In this document: in pieces, positions 62,092-64,000 of the stretch | How positions within the stretch are numbered: the stretch's first letter is position 1 | How the letters are laid out: each line of letters begins with the position of its first letter | Origin: Octopus sinensis | Lineage: Eukaryota | Direction of reading: 5' to 3' | Assembly (NCBI RefSeq): GCF_006345805.1 | Contig: NC_043004.1 | Coordinates: forward strand, 106,888,001 to 106,952,000 | Length of the DNA stretch: 64,000 bases | Notes under the pieces: model-generated | The model's input: the letters and a program-made list of their open reading frames with translations, nothing else | The model's database searches: none | Told to the model about the DNA's origin: nothing | Translations under genes and position numbers: made by a program

Positions 62092-64000
62092 TATGAAAGT
62101 GGAATAGAAATTTTTCAAAGCATAAGAAAAAATAAAATGAAAGACCGAGTCTTAAAGTCTTCTCTTTGATTCTCCTTCTGTTTGTTTACACATATGTTTG
62201 TGTGTTGGCGTATTGTGTTGCAAAAGAGACAAAAATATCTTAAGACTTCCGTCTGATCATTTAGAAAGAAGAGAGGCCAGTTCTTGAGACCAGTCCAAAA
62301 TCGAATGGCTTAATCCAACCTTTGGCGAGAATGACTCTCGTCAAATGGAATAAAGCAGACGACACTCGCCGTTTTGCTTTTAAAGTCGAAAGTAGGGAAA
62401 AAGTGATTGAGAGAAGTATGAGGAGTGAAAGAGTAGAAGCGACGAGAGAGGGGGACATTTGGGGTGAGGGTCGGAGTGAGAAAAAAAAAGAAGATGAGTG
62501 AAGACGATAGGACTGAGTTAGGGAAAGAGTTAGAGTCAATAGGATAGAAAGGGAGGAATATGGGGAGTGGGAGAGAGAGAGAGAGAGCAGGGGTTGAGGT
62601 GGATGAAGAGTAATAAATGAGAAGAGGGAGAAGAGAAAAAAGTAAAGAAAATGGGTTGTGATAGAGAGAGAAAGAAAACGAAAGTAAGTGATGAATATAT
62701 AGAGGAGAGGAGAGGAGAGGAGAAGGAGGAGACGGAGTAGAAAAGAGATGAAGATGGCGAAGGGAAGAAGAAGAGAAAGAAATATACTGTTAGGCTTTAG
62801 CTGCGAAAAATAATGGGCGTGGCGTTGTGATGAGAGTAAAAATAGAGGTGGAGACTAAAGGGCGTAGGGTGTTACTAGTGATGGGGTGTTACTGGTGATA
62901 AGGAGAGAGGTCGGGTAGATGGTATTCTTTTAACTTGTTTCAGTCATTTGACTGCGACCATGCTGGAGCACCGCCTTTAGTCGAACAAATCGACCCCAGG
63001 ACTTATTCTTTGTAAGCTCAGTACTTAATCTAGTACTTTTTGGTTATCTCACCCCATTAAAAAAAGATTGCCATTAAAAAATTGGGTTATCTCCCCACTA
63101 AAAAGTTGAGCTTATGTGGCGACATGAGATTGAATTAAAAGGGTTCGATCCTTTTGATTCAATACTCCAATGTGTTGTTGCCTTTTGGCCAGGGTATGAT
63201 TAGTTATAAAAATGTTATCAGGTTCAATAAGATGTTTATTAATTTTTCATTTTTGTTTTATTGAGGGTTAAACAATTTTTTTAGTTGGAGGAGATAACCC
63301 AATTTTTTAATGGGGGTGAGATAACTAAAAAGTACCCTTATTCTATCGGTCTGTTTTGCCGAACCGCTAAGTTACGGGGGCGTAAACACACCAACATCGG
63401 TTATCAAGTGATGGTGGGAGGACAGACATACACACACACACACACAATACATATATATATGACGAGCTTCTTTCAGTTTCCGTCCACCAAATCCACTCAT
63501 AAGGCTTCGGTCGGCCAGAGGCCATAGTAAAAGGCACTTACCCAAAGTGCCACGCAGTGAGACTGAACCCGGAACCATGTGGTTGGGAAGCAAGCTTCTT
63601 ACCACATAGCCACGCATGTGGAACTTGCAGTGACTGTCGTGGTTGTGGCAGTGCTGGTGGTGACAGTTGTAGTAGAAGAGGTAGTGTAAGTGGTAGAGGT
63701 CGTGTTAATGAAGTTGGTTGTTGTCACTATTATTGTTTAACCCCAGGTCAACGTTGACCGAGTAGACCTTTGATCAAAGTTGTGGTATAGCTAGCAGGGA
63801 TTCTCAACCATTTCTATCTATGGACCCCTTTGATTACTGTTCTATTCTGGTGAATTCCCATCGCCATTCTGTGTTTAAAAACTAGTTTGTAGATATTTCT
63901 TTCAAATTTCCTATTTTGTTTTTCACGCATTAATTTATGTAGGCCCAGGAGTGGCTGTGTGGTTAGTAGCAGGCTTACCAACCACATGGTTCCGGGTTCA

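Noticed and set aside
62100-62900. Core promoter of the LLTP gene
   Set aside because: No clear TATA/Inr at a defensible distance; the purine-rich tract is low-complexity, and the TSS cannot be placed from sequence alone.

Overview
AT-rich, microsatellite- and repeat-dense eukaryotic DNA. The SINE/RTE/Penelope repertoire suggests an octopus or related coleoid cephalopod (inference). One protein-coding gene spans almost the whole window on the minus strand. I reconstructed 13 coding exons by hand (62091 down to 1924, 1865 nt, 621 codons + 2 nt, all GT-AG, phases consistent, no stops). They encode a signal peptide plus the N-terminal large-lipid-transfer (Vitellogenin_N) module of a vitellogenin/apolipophorin-family protein; the gene continues beyond position 1. 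The introns hold a full-length IR-DR Tc1 element with an open DD34E ORF, a decayed mariner, Tigger and Tc1/mariner fossils, 5'-truncated RTE LINEs (one with an internal PHD finger), a Dong/R4-type LINE sitting in (TAA)n arrays, at least three solo LTRs, many MITEs and tRNA-derived SINEs. The most unexpected signal is RNA-level: more than a dozen hammerhead-ribozyme-like motifs from several repeat families. These include a tRNA-headed SINE with an internal hammerhead and target-site duplications, foldback palindromes with hammerhead motifs in their arms, U3-A8 core variants, and a two-copy multi-pseudoknot element with four compensatory base changes that carries all hammerhead core motifs in a non-standard strand order. 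Repeat boundaries without a stated TSD/TIR are approximate; no database searches or folding programs were run.
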